NCBI RefSeq assembly: GCF_018350175.1 | Contig: NC_058368.1 | Location: 43,030,001 to 43,094,000, forward strand | DNA: 64,000 nt | DNA from: Felis catus | Lineage: Eukaryota | Direction of reading: 5' to 3' | Shown here: in pieces, positions 1-14,505 of the stretch | Layout of the letters: the number at the start of each line of letters is the position of its first letter | Position numbering within the stretch: position 1 is the first letter of the stretch | The notes under the pieces: model-generated | What the model saw: the letters and a program-made list of their open reading frames with translations, nothing else | Told to the model about the DNA's origin: nothing | Database searches by the model: none | Program-made: the position numbers and the translations under genes

Positions 1-2575
1 TTTTTTACTATCCTAAATTACACACATCTTATGTAGACAATCAATATTAATTATATCAAACATAAAGTTTCATATTTGAAATGATTCCACTTTGAATGAG
101 GAATCATAATTTAATTATCAAATAAATAAAACATACACCTACTTAAGATACATTATACTATACAATAATTATGGCGGTCTCATACAAATATAATCATAAT
201 ATATTCAAAATCAGACATTATAAATTTCTTCAAAGGAAAACCTAATTAACATGTTCCATTTAATGAAATTAATATTTATTAAGCCGTTTAGGTGCTATAT
301 TTTCCATTAAAAAGAGGATATAACACTGATATTTAAAACTACATTCAGTAACAAAGCCACATAAAATTTAAATAAATGTATCTATGCATCCTCTGTTGTT
401 TACTATCTTATGGATGAAACTACAATGATGAGCCCTTAATTTTGCATTTATTTTTTAAAAAAACAAATTGCCTTCTCTTCTAGATGAGTTGGTGGAGTTT
501 TGGAAATTTGACAACACCCATAGAATCCACATTGCCAAAATAGTGAACACATATTACATTGATTTGCTAAATGTACTTTGAAGTAACAGTAACTTCTGAA
601 TGGCCTCTGCAGTATATTTTCTTATTTGAAGTGAATGGGATATAGACTGTTCTTGTACTATATCACAAGAATTAGTTTCTTGGGATTAGCATAATGCAAT
701 TCTCTGAATCCTCCTTTCCACTTTACTGTTTCTATGTGCCTGTTTGTTTATAAGAAAGCACTATCACTCACTCCGATTCATTAAAGAAATGCCTAAGCAG
801 CATAGTTCTGCATAATTCTGAGCATCACTTTAAAAATTGTGCATTGAGAAAACTGGATCTGTGCAATTTTTTATTCAGCTTTAACACTTTATGTTGAGAC
901 ATATACCAGATTTATTTCAGGGCTGATTTTGCCAAAATATGATCAAACTGCCATAAAAGTATATAAAAGCAGCTACACTTCTTATTAAACAGGTTCATTT
1001 TGATATGAATATTCTCTGTTATGGGCTAACAGGGAAGATATTTTGCTATTCATATTATGGAAAAATTATATCCAACTTCTATCTAGCATTTCATTGCAAA
1101 ATATAACTCAAAATGGGAATAGATGATGCCAACTTGAGTGGGTACCATGCCTTACCTGAATATTTTGATCATTTTGAACAATAAGGGACCAAAGTGCAAT
1201 GTACTGTTTTGAAAATTCAGAACATCACTTTGCATTGATCAATTATGTGGAACATCTTTGAACATTTACTGTTTTATACAGAGTTTATATGTGATCATGT
1301 ATCTGTTATTTAATCTGCTTTACTGTCTATCAGGTTCTCCACACATAATGTAATCTTGCATAAAGCTATAAAAATCAGATTTTAAAACTGTCCAAATATC
1401 TGTAGATTTTGTGTCTGAAGCTACACACATTTTCCGATGAAAGGCCCTTTATATTCAGTTGATAGATTGTTAGCGGACTCATGCTAGCTACTTGGAGAAG
1501 TAGTGGAGAATTTGAAAAATAATACCTTTGAGTTAGGTTCAAATTAGGATAATGTTACAATGATACTTGCTAGCCTTTTGTTCCAATATCTCTGTTGATT
1601 GCTAACCAAGAGTCCTAACTAAAAATCCAGCTTTAAACCAATCAAGGATGATTTAATTTTTGTCTCTCCTTACCTCTGATTTCAAATATTCGGTCTGGAT
1701 TTATTATTACTTTCATGATGTTCTGCTGACCTTGAGTGACTAATTCCAATATTAGCTCACGTGTGTCACAGGTTGATTACATGAGTGTGTATATTTGAGC
1801 ATACACATATATTTGTGTTTGCTAGAGCTTTTCCTCTGGAAACATTTATCACATGCAGTATATGAAAAAATATTTAACATTGGTCCTTATGTTTAATAAA
1901 TTCACCACCTAGAGTGAAAAGGGTTTATGTATCTGTGGTATGTGATGTGAATATACACACAAAATTGCAAAGAACACAACTATGAATAAAGGTTACATAA
2001 TATGCTTGATATAAACTAATCCATTAAAAAAAATCATTAACACCTATTCTCTGACAGGCATTGTTTTGAGCATAGGGGCTAGAAAGATAAACAATTATGA
2101 TAACACAGAAGAGGCTTTTACTCTGGATTGAAGAAATTTATAGGGATGTTACATGGCCAATGACATTTTAATTAATCCTAGAAGATAAAGTAGGATTTTT
2201 CTGGAAAATAAAATAGTAAGATGATGGTTCTTTCAGACAGATAAGAAAAATAGAAGATAAAAAAGGGATAAAAACCTAGATTTTCATAGATTACTGGAAT
2301 GTTAAGTAAAAGTTGTAAACTAATGATGAAATTATTGCAAAAACAATGTTTTAAAAGAAGCACTGGAAAGCCAGAAGTTTTTGAACCCTTCTTTCTGACC
2401 TTTTAACCCATAAATTACAGAATGGAGGTTGAGGGACTAGAGAGCATTAGATTTCAGTAGAGAGGAAAGTAAAATAAACCTGCTTATTTTACACATTATA
2501 AATGACTTTTAAAAAGGCTAAATATTGGTCAAGGAATAGAAGTATATAAGGAAAAAATCGTGGAAAGCTAATATA

Positions 2576-2763
2576 TGTTTACTTATTTTGAGAGAGAGAG
2601 CATGGAAGAGGGGCAGAAAGAGAGGGAGAGAGAGAATCCCAAGCAGGCTCCATGCTGCCAGTGCACAGCCCAATGCAGGGTTTGATCTCATGAACTGTGG
2701 TATCATGACCTGAGCCGAAATCAAGAGTCTGACACTCAACCAACTAAGCAACCCAGGCGCCTC
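2576..2763 (-). mobile_element. CAN-SINE (feliform SINEC)
   Basis: Reverse complement shows the GGCGCCTGGGT head, (CT)n region and a short A-rich tail. Confidence 0.93.
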
Positions 2764-2934
2764 TATGTTTAAAAGAAATATAATAAGATTTACGATGGGA
2801 AAGAAGGCCAAATAATTCAAGGATAAAAAAGTGTTCAACATTATCAATAAATGTAGATCAAATAATTAAATATTAATTCATCATTACATTTTCAAAATTT
2901 GAATACATGTATCTCATATATACGTGGTGAAATA

Positions 2935-3961
2935 TTTCAAACTATATTAGAAAGGTCTAGTAATCAATACAGTATGGTATTTGTGTAAAAACAGACACAT
3001 AAATTAGTGGGACAGAATAGCAATAAACCCATGCATATATGCTCATTAATTTATGATAGAAGAGCCAAGAATATACAATCAGGGAAAAGACAGTCTCTTT
3101 GATAAATGGTGTTGAGAAAACTAGATAGCCATATGCAAAAGAATGAAACTGGACCACTTTTTTACAACATAAACTTACAAAAATTAGTTCAAAATGGGGT
3201 AAAAATTCAAATGTAAGACCTGAAACCATAAAACTTTTAGAAAAAAACATAGGCAGTCAGCTCCTTGGCATCAGTGTTGACAATGGATATTTTGGATTTG
3301 ACACCAAAAGCAAAAATAAACAACTGGGACTAAATCAAGCTAAAGATTCTCCACAGCAAAAGAAACCATCAACAAAATTGAAAGGCAACCTGCTGAATGG
3401 AAGAAGATATTTGCAAATTGTATACCTGATAAGGAGTTTATATCCAAAAAAATATAAAAAGCTCATACAACCCAACAATCTAATTGAAAAATAGGCAGAT
3501 GATCTGAATCAATATTTTTCCAAAAAAGATATACAGATGGACAATAAGGATGGAACAGAGGCTCAACATCACTAATCACCAGGTAAATGCAAATCAAAAC
3601 CACAATGATGTATCACTTCACATCTGTTAGAAAGGCTATCATCAAAAGGATGAAATACCAACTGTTGGCAAGGATGTAGTGAAAAGAGAACCTTCATACA
3701 CTTTGGAATGTAAACTGGTGCAGCCACTATGGAAAACAGTATGCAGGTTCCTACAAAATTTAAAAATAGAACCACCATATGTTTCAACAACTCCATTCCT
3801 GGGTATTTATCCCCCAAAACCAAAAACACTAACTCAAAAAGATAAATGCATCACCATGTTCATTGCAGCATTATTTACAATGGTTGGGATACAGAAACAC
3901 CCGAAGTGTCCACCAGTGGTTGAATGGATAAAGAAATTGTGGTATATATTCTACATATTCC

Positions 3962-3994
<33 letters not shown>

Positions 3995-4519
3995 GGAATA
4001 TTATTCAGCCATAAAAAGGAATTAAATCTTGCCGTTTAGAAAACAAGAATGGACTTGGAGGGCATTACATTGAGATAAGTCAGACACAGAGCAAAATACT
4101 ACATGATCTCACTTCCATGTGGAATCTAAAACAACAACCACAACAACAAAAGCTAGCTCATTGATACAGAATACAGAGAACAGATTGGTTGTCACCAGCG
4201 GCAGGGGGTGGGAGTGAAAAAAATTGGTGAAGAGAATTAAAAGATACAAACTTCCTGTAATAAAATAAATACGTCATTAGGTGGTAATATACAGCATGGT
4301 GACTATAGTTATTAATACTGTTATTGTATATTTGAAAGTTGCTAAAAGAGTAAATCTTAAAATTTTTCCCCACAAGAAAAAAATTTCTGTAACTGTATGG
4401 TGATGGATGTTAACCAGACATTGTGGTGATCATCTTGCAATGTACACAAATAGCAAATCATTATGTTGCATATCAGAAATTAATAAATGTTGTATGTTAA
4501 TTGTACCTTAATAAAAAAT
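2935..4519 (+). mobile_element. 5'-truncated LINE-1 (ORF2 3' part and 3'UTR, L1MA9/L1_Carn-like)
   Basis: ORF2 C-terminal peptide ([24 protein letters not shown]), L1 3'UTR and AATAAAAAA end. Candidate TSD GTGGTGAAATA at 2924-2934 and 4520-4530. Confidence 0.92.
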
Positions 4520-6158
4520 GTGGTGAAATAATACACATTATAATGTTTCTTTTTGGAAGACAACTCAGACATAAATATTTTAACATGTTCATATTCTTTT
4601 GCCAGTTAACTGTAATTGCACAAAAAATAGCTTTAAAAGGTAATCACATTCAGCCAAATATTTATGCACTGTGATTTTTATTCAGCTTTATTTACTGTAC
4701 TAGGAAATTGGGAAATAAAAAATTAAATATTTAAATACATAATATTTAGTTAAATATAACCATGTATGGGAATACTATATAGAATAGAGTATTATACAAA
4801 AATAAAACTATGTTTATAATAATTTTATCTTATATATGATAAAACATGAAATGCAGAAAAGTAAGTCACAAAATTTTAAATACAGCATTATCTTAAGTAT
4901 GTAAATATGTATTTGATACACACACATGTTGATAATTTTTTATTGGTAATAAGATTATGGGTAATTTTCATTTTTTAAAAATTATATGTGCTTCCCTAAT
5001 TTTCCACATAATATATATATTTTTTCTAAAGAAACAGACTATAATTTTTAATATGAACATACGAGAAAATGCCTGAAAGTATTGTGGCAGTTGAATTTTT
5101 GCTTTTTATAATAAGTAACACAGGACATTTGAAAGTAGACAGGGAAAAGAGCTGATTCCTGCAACGGAGGAGTGGATACAATAGCGGGAGAGAGACCTAT
5201 GCCTACATCTCTAATTATAATGCACGGGGAGCAAGAGGAATATGCTAGTAAATATAACAGCTTTGAAGGCAGTAAACTGGAGAGCAAATTTACTTATGGC
5301 AACAAAATGTTTGAGACAGTTCACGAGTTATTTGCTAAGACTTTATCTCCTCATCTGTACAGTGGGAATAATAAGGTAAGGGGACATCTGATACAGCATG
5401 GCCCGGGATTATTACAATGTGATAGGTATACTGAAGGAATACTAAGATAGCATTAGGGACACAGAAGAAGAAGCAATTAATTTTGTCTTAGAAGGCTTAA
5501 TGAAGAGATTGTATTACTCTGGACCTTGAAGGTTCAGATGAAAATTCAATCAAAGCAACAAATAAACTATGTTGTAAAAGCATTGGTCAGACTCTGGAAA
5601 TATTCGGGTCCTTCAGGGTATGGATAGGGCAGGAAAAGGTGGAGGCTATGGAAAAGTGGGCTGAACCAGGATACGAAGAGTATGTTATGCTTGGGATTTA
5701 TTGTGTATCAAATACAGAATTCACTATGTATTTTAAAGCAAACTCTATGATTTTAAAAATATAATTTTAGTAGCTTGAAGGTGGAAAGAATGAAGTGGTA
5801 GGAGACTGGAATTGTACACCAGTTAGGGGTATATTACAATTATCTGTGCAAAATATAGTTAAACCTTAGACTAAAAATATTGACTAGGTGAAGGTGGAAA
5901 AAAATGTATCTATTTGTTTTGAGATACTTTTGAAATATCCAGATGGATAGATCTGATTTGTAGTTTGTAATAAGTGAAAACCTGACCCTGCTGTTTGCTA
6001 AACTGTTAGGAGAGACCTGAGAATTGAAAAATAAACAACAACTTGTATAATAACACCATGACTTTTAAAATTGTACACCAAGTCAAACTGAAACCATAAT
6101 GTTCTTACAAAATATCTAAAGTCAAGTTAAGAACAAAACAAAACAAAACAGTAGGTTA

Positions 6159-6383
6159 GGAGCACCTGGGTGGCTCAGTTGGTTGGGTGTCTGACTCTTA
6201 ATTTAATTGTGATCCCAGGGTCATGGGATTGAGCCCCGTGTTGGGCTCCACACTGAGCATGAAGCTTGCTTAAGATTTATTCTCTCTTTCTCTCTCTTCT
6301 CTTTCTCCTTCTGCCCTTCCTCCCACCCCTTGTGTATGCGCTCTCTCTCTAAAATTAAAAAAAAAAAATTAAAATAAAAAAAA
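6159..6383 (+). mobile_element. CAN-SINE
   Basis: GGAGCACCTGGGTGGCTCAGTTGG head, CT-rich region and A-tail. Confidence 0.93.
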
Positions 6384-6468
6384 TCCAGCAGTTTATTTAG
6401 AGATATATGGTCCAAGATGATCATAAACAAATTGATCTGAAATTTACTCTGCACAAGTTCATGTGTTC

Positions 6469-6895
6469 TGAGAGACTGAATATAAAAATGGACGATGGCC
6501 AGGCCCTAAATGACAATAGAGCTCTAACCTACCACTTCTGTAGCAACCAGAGCAGGAAGCCAAACTACAACCTCTGTAGTAATCAGTCCAGAACAGTCAG
6601 TGACTCCCAGCTTCCATAATCATTGTCCCTACTTCCAACTCAGGACCAACCAGAAAAAAACCAAATATGATCCCAAACCAATCACATACAATGTGCCACT
6701 TCTAGTTACCGTCCTCCAGCTTCCTGATGCAAACAACTTGCAGTCAGAAGATATTTGAAGCTTTCCCTTCTTTTTCCAGTATCCCTACACCTGCCACTTT
6801 GAAACTCAAGTGACTGTCTTTGACTCCCATGCTATAACAACCTCTGAATAGATAACCTCTGTACTTATCTGTGTTGTCTTTGTTTATCATTACAG
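6469..6895 (+). mobile_element. Ancient LTR (MER54/MER74-like, ERVL class)
   Basis: Starts TGAGAGACTGAATAT and contains the repeated CTCTGTAGCAACCAG...GGAAGCCAAAC motif and CCAATCA. Family name is from recall. Confidence 0.5.
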
Positions 6896-7479
6896 CTTTA
6901 AAGGTAAGAACACTGACTTCTGCAGTCTACAAAATCTAAACCATCCCTTTCAAACTCTCATATACCTAACTCCTGCACAAAACCTAAGTACCCTTTCTAA
7001 CTTACTACCTATTAAAGACAGCCCACAGTTATCACATTAAGTAATCTCCCTTGTTACAGCAAGCAGTAAACTGTTGTTGACAACAGCTGTGTTCCTGACA
7101 GTCTGGCTGATGAGCATCTACAGCTGAATTATATGTATAGAATAAAATACATATATTGGGTGAAAAGAAAAATAGAGTGAAAGAAGTTAAATGTAGAGAT
7201 CACTTTAGAAAGTAAAAATAATTAACATTGTTTGATATGCGCTAGCTACTATAAGATATTCTCCTTACATATTATCTCCTTTATTCACCCAAACTAACCA
7301 ATGAGTGGGTCTCACTAACCCCATTTTATGTGACAAAAGAGTATGCAAAAAGTTAAAGGACTAAAAAAGTATGCACAAATAATACTACAAGTGACTTTTG
7401 CAGAGACTGACCCACAGAATTTAGTCATAAGACTAAAATGCTTCAGAAAGTCAAAATAGACTGAAATCCAAAAAGATAT

Positions 7480-7860
7480 GGGGCACTTGGGTGGTTCAGT
7501 TGGTTGAGGATCCAATTCTTTTTTTTTTTTTAATTTTTAATTTTTTTTAAAATGTTTTTATTCATTTTTGAGACAGAGAGAGACAGAGCATGAGCAGGGG
7601 AGGGGCAGAGAGAGAGGGAGACACAGAATCTGAAGCAGGCTCCAGGCTCTGGGCTGTCAGCACTGGGCCTGATGCAGGGCTCAAACTCACAGACTATGAG
7701 ATCATGACCTGAGCTGAAGTTGGATGCCCAACCAACTGAGCCACCCAGGTGTCCCGAGGATCCAATTCTTGATTTTGGTTGAAGTCGTGATCCCAAAGTC
7801 ATGAGTTGTGGGATTGAGCACTGTGGCAGGCTCTGCATTGAGCTTGGAGCCTGCTTAAGA

Positions 7861-7892
<32 letters not shown>

Positions 7893-7952
7893 GCCCACCC
7901 CCCCCCCTCTGCCCCTCTTCTCAGCTCATGCTCTCACTCTTAAAAAAAAAAG
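7480..7952 (+). mobile_element. Older CAN-SINE interrupted by a nested SINE
   Basis: Head at 7480-7520 resumes at 7756 and runs to the A-tail. Flanking repeat TCCAAAAAGAT at 7467-7477 and 7953-7963. Confidence 0.92.
7521..7755 (-). mobile_element. Feline SINE (SINEC_Fc) nested in another SINE
   Basis: Complete element. Perfect 15-bp TSD GAGGATCCAATTCTT at 7506-7520 and 7756-7770. Confidence 0.96.
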
Positions 7953-10900
7953 TCCAAAAAGATCACCTTCAATTCTAGATCATTAGTAAATCTGAGGAGA
8001 GCAGCTTTAGAATTGTGGTGGTGGCCAAGGCCAGACTGCTGTTGAGGACCTAAGGGACACAAGAAAGTGGGAACAATGGATACTGACTAACTTCTCAAGA
8101 AATCTGGTTGGAAAGGGGAAAATATAGTAAGAACTTTGAGGAGAGGCATGAATATGGTTAGTCATTTCCAGATGAGAGGTCACTGAGATGATTATGAATA
8201 GAAAAAAAAATGGAACCAGTCAAAATTGAGTAGCTGAAGATACTTTTTAACAAAAAATGAGACTGTTTAACAGAGTTACATTTTGGAAAAAACAAGGAGT
8301 AAGGAGTCAATGATTAATAACAGAGTTTAATGTTTACTATTGTTAAATAGAGGCAAAACTTTGTCCTGCGAGAGTAAATGTGATTTTGGGAAATGGTCAA
8401 GGTATCAGTAGTTAAGTCCAGTGAATATATTTGATGACTGTGATAAGTATTATCATTTGAAGCTCAAATTAAGATTTGATGATAATATTGTGATGTGTAT
8501 TATCTTAAGACATTTTTGGCCTTCAGAAATCAAAAGTAATATCAGTATTTTCAGCATTACAGAGGCACTATGTATTGTTTCCTAACAAGTTAACAGTTAA
8601 TGTTGATATGTAAATTCCAGAATATTCCCACACATCCAGTTTATACTATGAATTTAAGGAAACACATTTGTATGTGGTTCGGTAAAGCTAAAAATTCAGA
8701 AATAGTCACATACAAGAGGATAACTAATGAAACAACAAATACATATTTGTCTTACACATATATATGTACATATATATGTTCAATCAAGACACATGCATGT
8801 ATATATATAGTCAAGACAAAACAATTTTTCATTTCGTTCATCTTTGTGAAAAACTGTAAACACTGCCAAAACCATACTCAAATCTTGAAATTTTAATATT
8901 TAATCTGTTTCTATGAAAGAACATGAGCAAATGCAAATTTTAATATAATCAATGCATTACATCAACTTACAAATCTATAGTGTATAAAGATTGATAGGAT
9001 ATGACAAACTGAGATCCAAACCTTTTCTAGAAGATCTAGGGGATCATTTTCTTTTTGATATAGATATAAAAATTTCTGCTTCAAGTTTCTCGGTTAGAAG
9101 GGAGTTTGAGTTTTAATCTTTTTGACATTCTTTACAACATTCCTTGTCTTCATCAAAAAGAAACATTTATTGAATTTCTAGGATGTGTTAAATTTTAGTA
9201 AAGATAATAAGAATCTGAAAAGGAAAGTCACCTTTAAAACAACAACAACAACAAAACAACAGGGAAACATTTCCTTTTTTATGGCCCAAACCGGATTCTG
9301 TTTGTACATTCATTGTGAGTATTTATTGTAGAACTAAAAAAGCTTACTGGTGAGTCAGTTTCTCTCTCATCTTATTGATTGTAAGAAAAACTTAAAATGA
9401 CTACCAAGCTGCCAAAAGATCTTTATAGTTAACGATAATTTGTTAGTATAATAAACTATGAATAGTTTGCAAGCTCCAATTTCCAGAATATGCATAAAAG
9501 ATGATTAAATAAAAAAAGTGACTAAACAGAAAGATACACGGCACTGAGGATTGGAGAAAACAGTGTGCTTGAAATGTATTCACTTTAGAGCCAGAATCAA
9601 ATCTTACAAAGTTACATTGTTTCATTTCCAAAGGACTGACTTTAATGGAGCATTGTGTATCATAAAACAACCTTGGGATGTACTCCTCCTGTCATTCTAA
9701 AGTGCCTGATGCATGCTCTAATCAAAATAACAACTATCCATAGATAGTGCCATAGGCCATTTACTCTGTTAAAGAGTTTGATCTCCTTCAAGAGTTTCAC
9801 ATTTCACTCTTATTAACACCTGTTTTTTCCACTCAATCTCTTTGTGCCTAGCTATAAGCCAGAGGTGTGATTTGGGAAAAAAAGGCAACCATAAGTGGCA
9901 ATAATAAAATTGCTTTGTGTGAGTTAACCAAGCTGAAATAACAAAAAACCCAAAACACTGTCCAAAGTGTGTTTAGCCAGAATCAGCAAGCATCACACTT
10001 GTTATGAGATTTATTTTCATTATTACAAAACATATTCTTCATGTTGATTTTCTTTCTCAAATGCTACTGTATGATTTTCAAGTAAATTTAAACTTTGTAG
10101 ATGATGATGATTTTTTTATTTAAGTTATGTAGATGATGATGATTTTTTGAGATTAACATCAATCACACTTGGAGGTGGAATACAAAGTACATTGGCATTA
10201 CTGATAGTTCTCATATGAGCTCTAAAAATTCTTGGAGGTCAAACAAACCGTATTTAAATTTCTAACTTTGAAGGTTATTCAATCTGTCACCCTTGCCACC
10301 TCTCACATTTAGGGAGGTATATATTACACCAATTCTAAAGGATGTATCCAGGGATGATTGTAACTGAAATGCAAACTTCTAGGAAGACTAGGAATATTTT
10401 TTCTCTTTGATACATATTCTACCTCTAGAAAATAATGCATAAAGCTTCCTAGCAAAGAATATCCCCCAAATAGTACATCCACAAAGTAAGGGTATTTCTT
10501 ATATTTCAACATAGTTGATTTTTTTAAAATTTTCATTTATGGAGAGAAGATTTAGGGAAGAAAACATAAAAATTTTAAGAAAGTACATCAAAATGCATTA
10601 TGTGTTAATAATCCTAGAAATAATTGATACAGTATTATAAGTCTATTTCTAGGATTCAGACCAGAAAACTTAAGTAATGTTCTCAAACTCACACAGCAAC
10701 TTCACATAGATGAAAGACAGGATTTTAGACTAGGACAAATGTAGCAAATTTTTTATTTCTCTTTGTCCTTCTTCCCCTTCATTTCTTACCTCCTATACCA
10801 AATGATTCTGGTCTCAGGAATGAAACTTAAGTTAATATTACTGCATTTTTTTAGCCACGTTATAGGATTTTCTGTGCCCAATATCCTGAAACCAAACTAC

Positions 10901-12349
10901 TATTTCACGAGAAAAATGTGTTTTGAGTTGTGAACAATCAATATGCAAACACTTATTTGTTACAATTCATAGATAAGGCATGGTATATGCTCTGATTAAA
11001 AGACGGATCCAATATAAAATGTTCAGTATGGGAAATCAAATAACCCTGAAAATTACATCATTTGAGAGTGAGTCATCAGCAGGTATGTTTCACAGGGAGT
11101 GGATTTTAAGCCTTTGAGCCATAACTTGTTTTATGGCAAGTTGTTAATACTGTAAGCACATCAGAGACAATATGATGCTATTACGAATAAAATCTTGGCA
11201 GAGACTCAGCATTCAAATTTCCTGTTTAGAAGTCAGTAAGGAAGATATTTTTCTTTCATGTGTATTAAAGAAAAAGGAGACATAACCACTTTTACAGAAA
11301 GAGGAAGAATGCTGAGATGGAGAAATACGGGTAATGCTTGCTGAGATAGAGCAGGCTAATCTACTTTATTTTCAGACAATATCTTTGGACTAAAATTTGC
11401 AATTGCGCCTAAGTTAAATTTGTCCTTAAAAATATTTTGTTTGGCTATAGAATGATGTCTCAAGTCCCACAAAACCCAGTACAAATGTAAGGTTAATGCA
11501 GGTACTTAATTTTTGAAACATATATGTTGTCTGATTATGTTTCCTGAAACTAAATTTATGAAACATAAATTCTTTCACACTAAACTGATTCAGATTTCAT
11601 TGGATAAATTTCCCTATATGTTTGTGTATTTCTAGTAAGTTTTAGAAATAAAATTAAAAGTTAAGAAATATTATCAGTTGATAAAATATGAATTCTAGTT
11701 TACATCATATAAAGCTATTAATGAACAAAACAATAACCAAAATTAGAAAATATTTTATATTTTAGATTATTCTTTAGAGAGTAGTTAGAGTATTCTCTCT
11801 CTCTTTCTTAAATACATGCATACACAATACATCCTCATATATCCATATCCCCAAATGTCAACATATTTATTTTGTAATTTTAACCCTTAGAATTAGGAAC
11901 CTTCATAACAAATTTAATTGATATCAAAACAGTGTAGTAATCATGTATGTATTTAAGTCTTGCATTGAAATGCTAAATACTGACATTAATATCATAAATC
12001 ATTAAAGTTTCAGGGAGTAATTTTAGAATTACATATTGGACAATAGGTAGGTTTTAGTAACAATAGTAGTCAGAAATGTAATTGAACAGAACTGTTGAAC
12101 TAGTAATTGCAATTTCACCTATTATAAATTAAATCCATAGTTAAATAAAGAACTATATTTGAAGGTGATAAAGAAATTCCCCTTATTTCTATCAACTGCT
12201 TGACTGAAGGTATTATCATTATAGTTATCTATTATATTATTATCATTATAGTTATCTTCACATGATGCAAATACATAGGCTTTAGCAAGAAATATGGTAT
12301 TAATGGTCACAGAGAAAATTTACAAAAATATTTTATTAGTAAAATGAAA

Positions 12350-12497
12350 ATTTTCCAGATTTATTGAGATATAATTGATATATATATAACATTGCATAAG
12401 TTTAAAATGTACAATGTGATGATTGAAATATGTATATATTGTGAAATAATTACCACAATAAGGTTGGTTAACACATCTATCACCTCACATACTATAT
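12350..12497 (-). mobile_element. L1 3'-end fragment (L1MA-like)
   Basis: TTTATTGAGATATAATTG...GTTAACACATCTATCACCTCACATA is typical of an L1MA 3' terminus in reverse. Confidence 0.7.
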
Positions 12498-12713
12498 ATA
12501 TAATATATATTTAATGTTTATTTATTTTTGAGGGAGAGAGAGAAAGAGCACAAGCAGGGGAGGGGCAGAGAGACAAGGAGACAGAGAATCTGAAGCAGGC
12601 TCCAGGCTCTGAGCTGTCAGCACAGAGCCCAACGTGGGGCTTGGACTCACAAACCGCAAGTTCATGACTGAAGCCAAAGTCGGCTTTCAACCGACTGACC
12701 ACCCAGGCACCCC
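12498..12713 (-). mobile_element. Feline SINE
   Basis: SINE body. TSD TCACATACTATAT at 12485-12497 and 12714-12726. Confidence 0.95.
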
Positions 12714-13029
12714 TCACATACTATATTTTAACTTAATTTTCCAAAAATGTATTTATGGTTATAACTATAAAACATTAATTCCTGATAAATTTTAAAACAC
12801 CTATAAATATAGATATATGGAAATAAAAAATAATTAAGTGACTAAATATTCTCAACATTGAACGCTTTCTTTTCCTATAAGCAAGGAATATGATAATTTG
12901 ATATATATCCTTTTGGACATTTTTCTATGTTTAGGTTTTTGTGTGTGTTTCTGTATTCAAGGTTAAAAAACATAAATAGAACTGTATATGCTCTTAGGTA
13001 ACCAGTCTTTTTTTAATCAAAATTTCTTT

Positions 13030-13570
13030 GGATTGTCTTTCATGTTAGTATATAGATACACTCCTCATTCATTTTAACCACAGCATAGCATTCTATACTA
13101 TAATTATAACATATTTTATTTTTTGTATGAAAAATACTGCAACTAGCACCCTTAAGTATATATGCAGGTTTGTCTATACAAGAGATGTCTAGATGAATAA
13201 CTTCTTGAATCAAAGGGTACATGCTTTTAAATTTTGATAGAGACAGCCAGTATGCCTATCCACCATTAGTTGACTGCTTATCATATTCACCAGCAACATT
13301 TGATAGAGCCAGTTCCCATACCCAAAACAAATTCAGGTAGAATGAAGGAATCATCTTATAACTTTTGCTCATATCATCATTCCAACAACAATCATTATTA
13401 TTTTAAATTGTTTCTGATACTAACGAGGTTATTTTCAATGTATTTTGGGGGTTATATGTTATGCATGTTTGCTGTTCTTGGACTGTTTATTCATGTTTCT
13501 ATTAAGTTGTTTCACTTATTTTATTTTATTTTACAATTTTTCTAATACTATATATTGCAATCCTTATCTG
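13030..13570 (-). mobile_element. Old L1 (L1ME-like) fragment
   Basis: Degenerate L1 ORF2-end/3' sequence (CAGCATAGCATTCTATA...TCAAAGGGTACATGC...CACCAGCAACAT). Confidence 0.55.
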
Positions 13571-13606
13571 AAATAGAGTTCTCATGTATATGGCTTTTGT
13601 GTGGCC

Positions 13607-13642
13607 TTTTTTAAAAAAAATTATTTATTAATTTATTTTGAG

Positions 13643-13688
<46 letters not shown>

Positions 13689-13855
13689 TGGGGGAGGGAC
13701 AGTGAGAGAGGGGGGAGAGAGAAAATCCTAAGCATGCTCCCTGCTGTTAGCATGGAGCCCAACGTGGGGCTTGACCTCAGGAACGGTGAGATCATGATCT
13801 GAGCTGAAACCAACAGTTGGATGCTTAACTGACTGAGCCACCCAGGAAAGACCCC
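13607..13855 (-). mobile_element. CAN-SINE with long (GA)n
   Basis: SINE body with (GA)n at about 13647-13683. Confidence 0.93.
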
Positions 13856-14505
13856 TATTTTTTTTGTCCACCTTTGTATCTTCTTATTTCTCAGACAATC
13901 TGATTCTCCCTGCCTCCTAATTTCTAGGAAAATTCCCTAAAATGTCCAGCAAACTGGTGGTATAGCTCCATGATTTTCCTTTCAATTATATATTCATTCT
14001 TAAGTACATACAAATGTATCTGCTATCTCACTAGAACCTAATGAAAGTAAGGACTTACATGTATGTATTCAAATACACATTTAGGCCAAGTCTGACATTA
14101 ATGATTTATTTTAGGGTGACATATTTTCCTGTTGAATTGAAAGACATTTTCATGGGCTCTTGAATCAATCAATCTTTGCCTTGAACAGTAGTCCCTTCAT
14201 TTAATAGCATGCTCCCAAATTAATCTCTCTAGGACTTATTTTTATATGCATAAAAGATATAAAAATTCTAATAATTCTACTTCATAAGGTTCTAAGGACT
14301 AAGTGAAACAGTAAATACAGTTACTTATGAAGTTCTAGAAATAAGTAAATTTTTACTAATTAGTGTTTTTCTTGTATATGTTTGGTGCTATGTACATAAA
14401 GGGGATGTCTGTGCCCGTGCTCTTTGTGTTATTACGCACCAGATGGAAACATTATATATGAATTCAACCCAAGGTGTGAAGACATTTAAATAATATCCAA
14501 TTTTT

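Noticed and set aside
470..580. Acceptor-like CCTTCTCTTCTAG followed by about 32 open codons
   Set aside because: No good donor, peptide unrecognised, and expected by chance.
12211..12257. 20-bp direct repeat (similar short repeats at 32128-32169 and 61484-61539)
   Set aside because: Two-copy AT-rich slippage duplications, not a CRISPR-like array.
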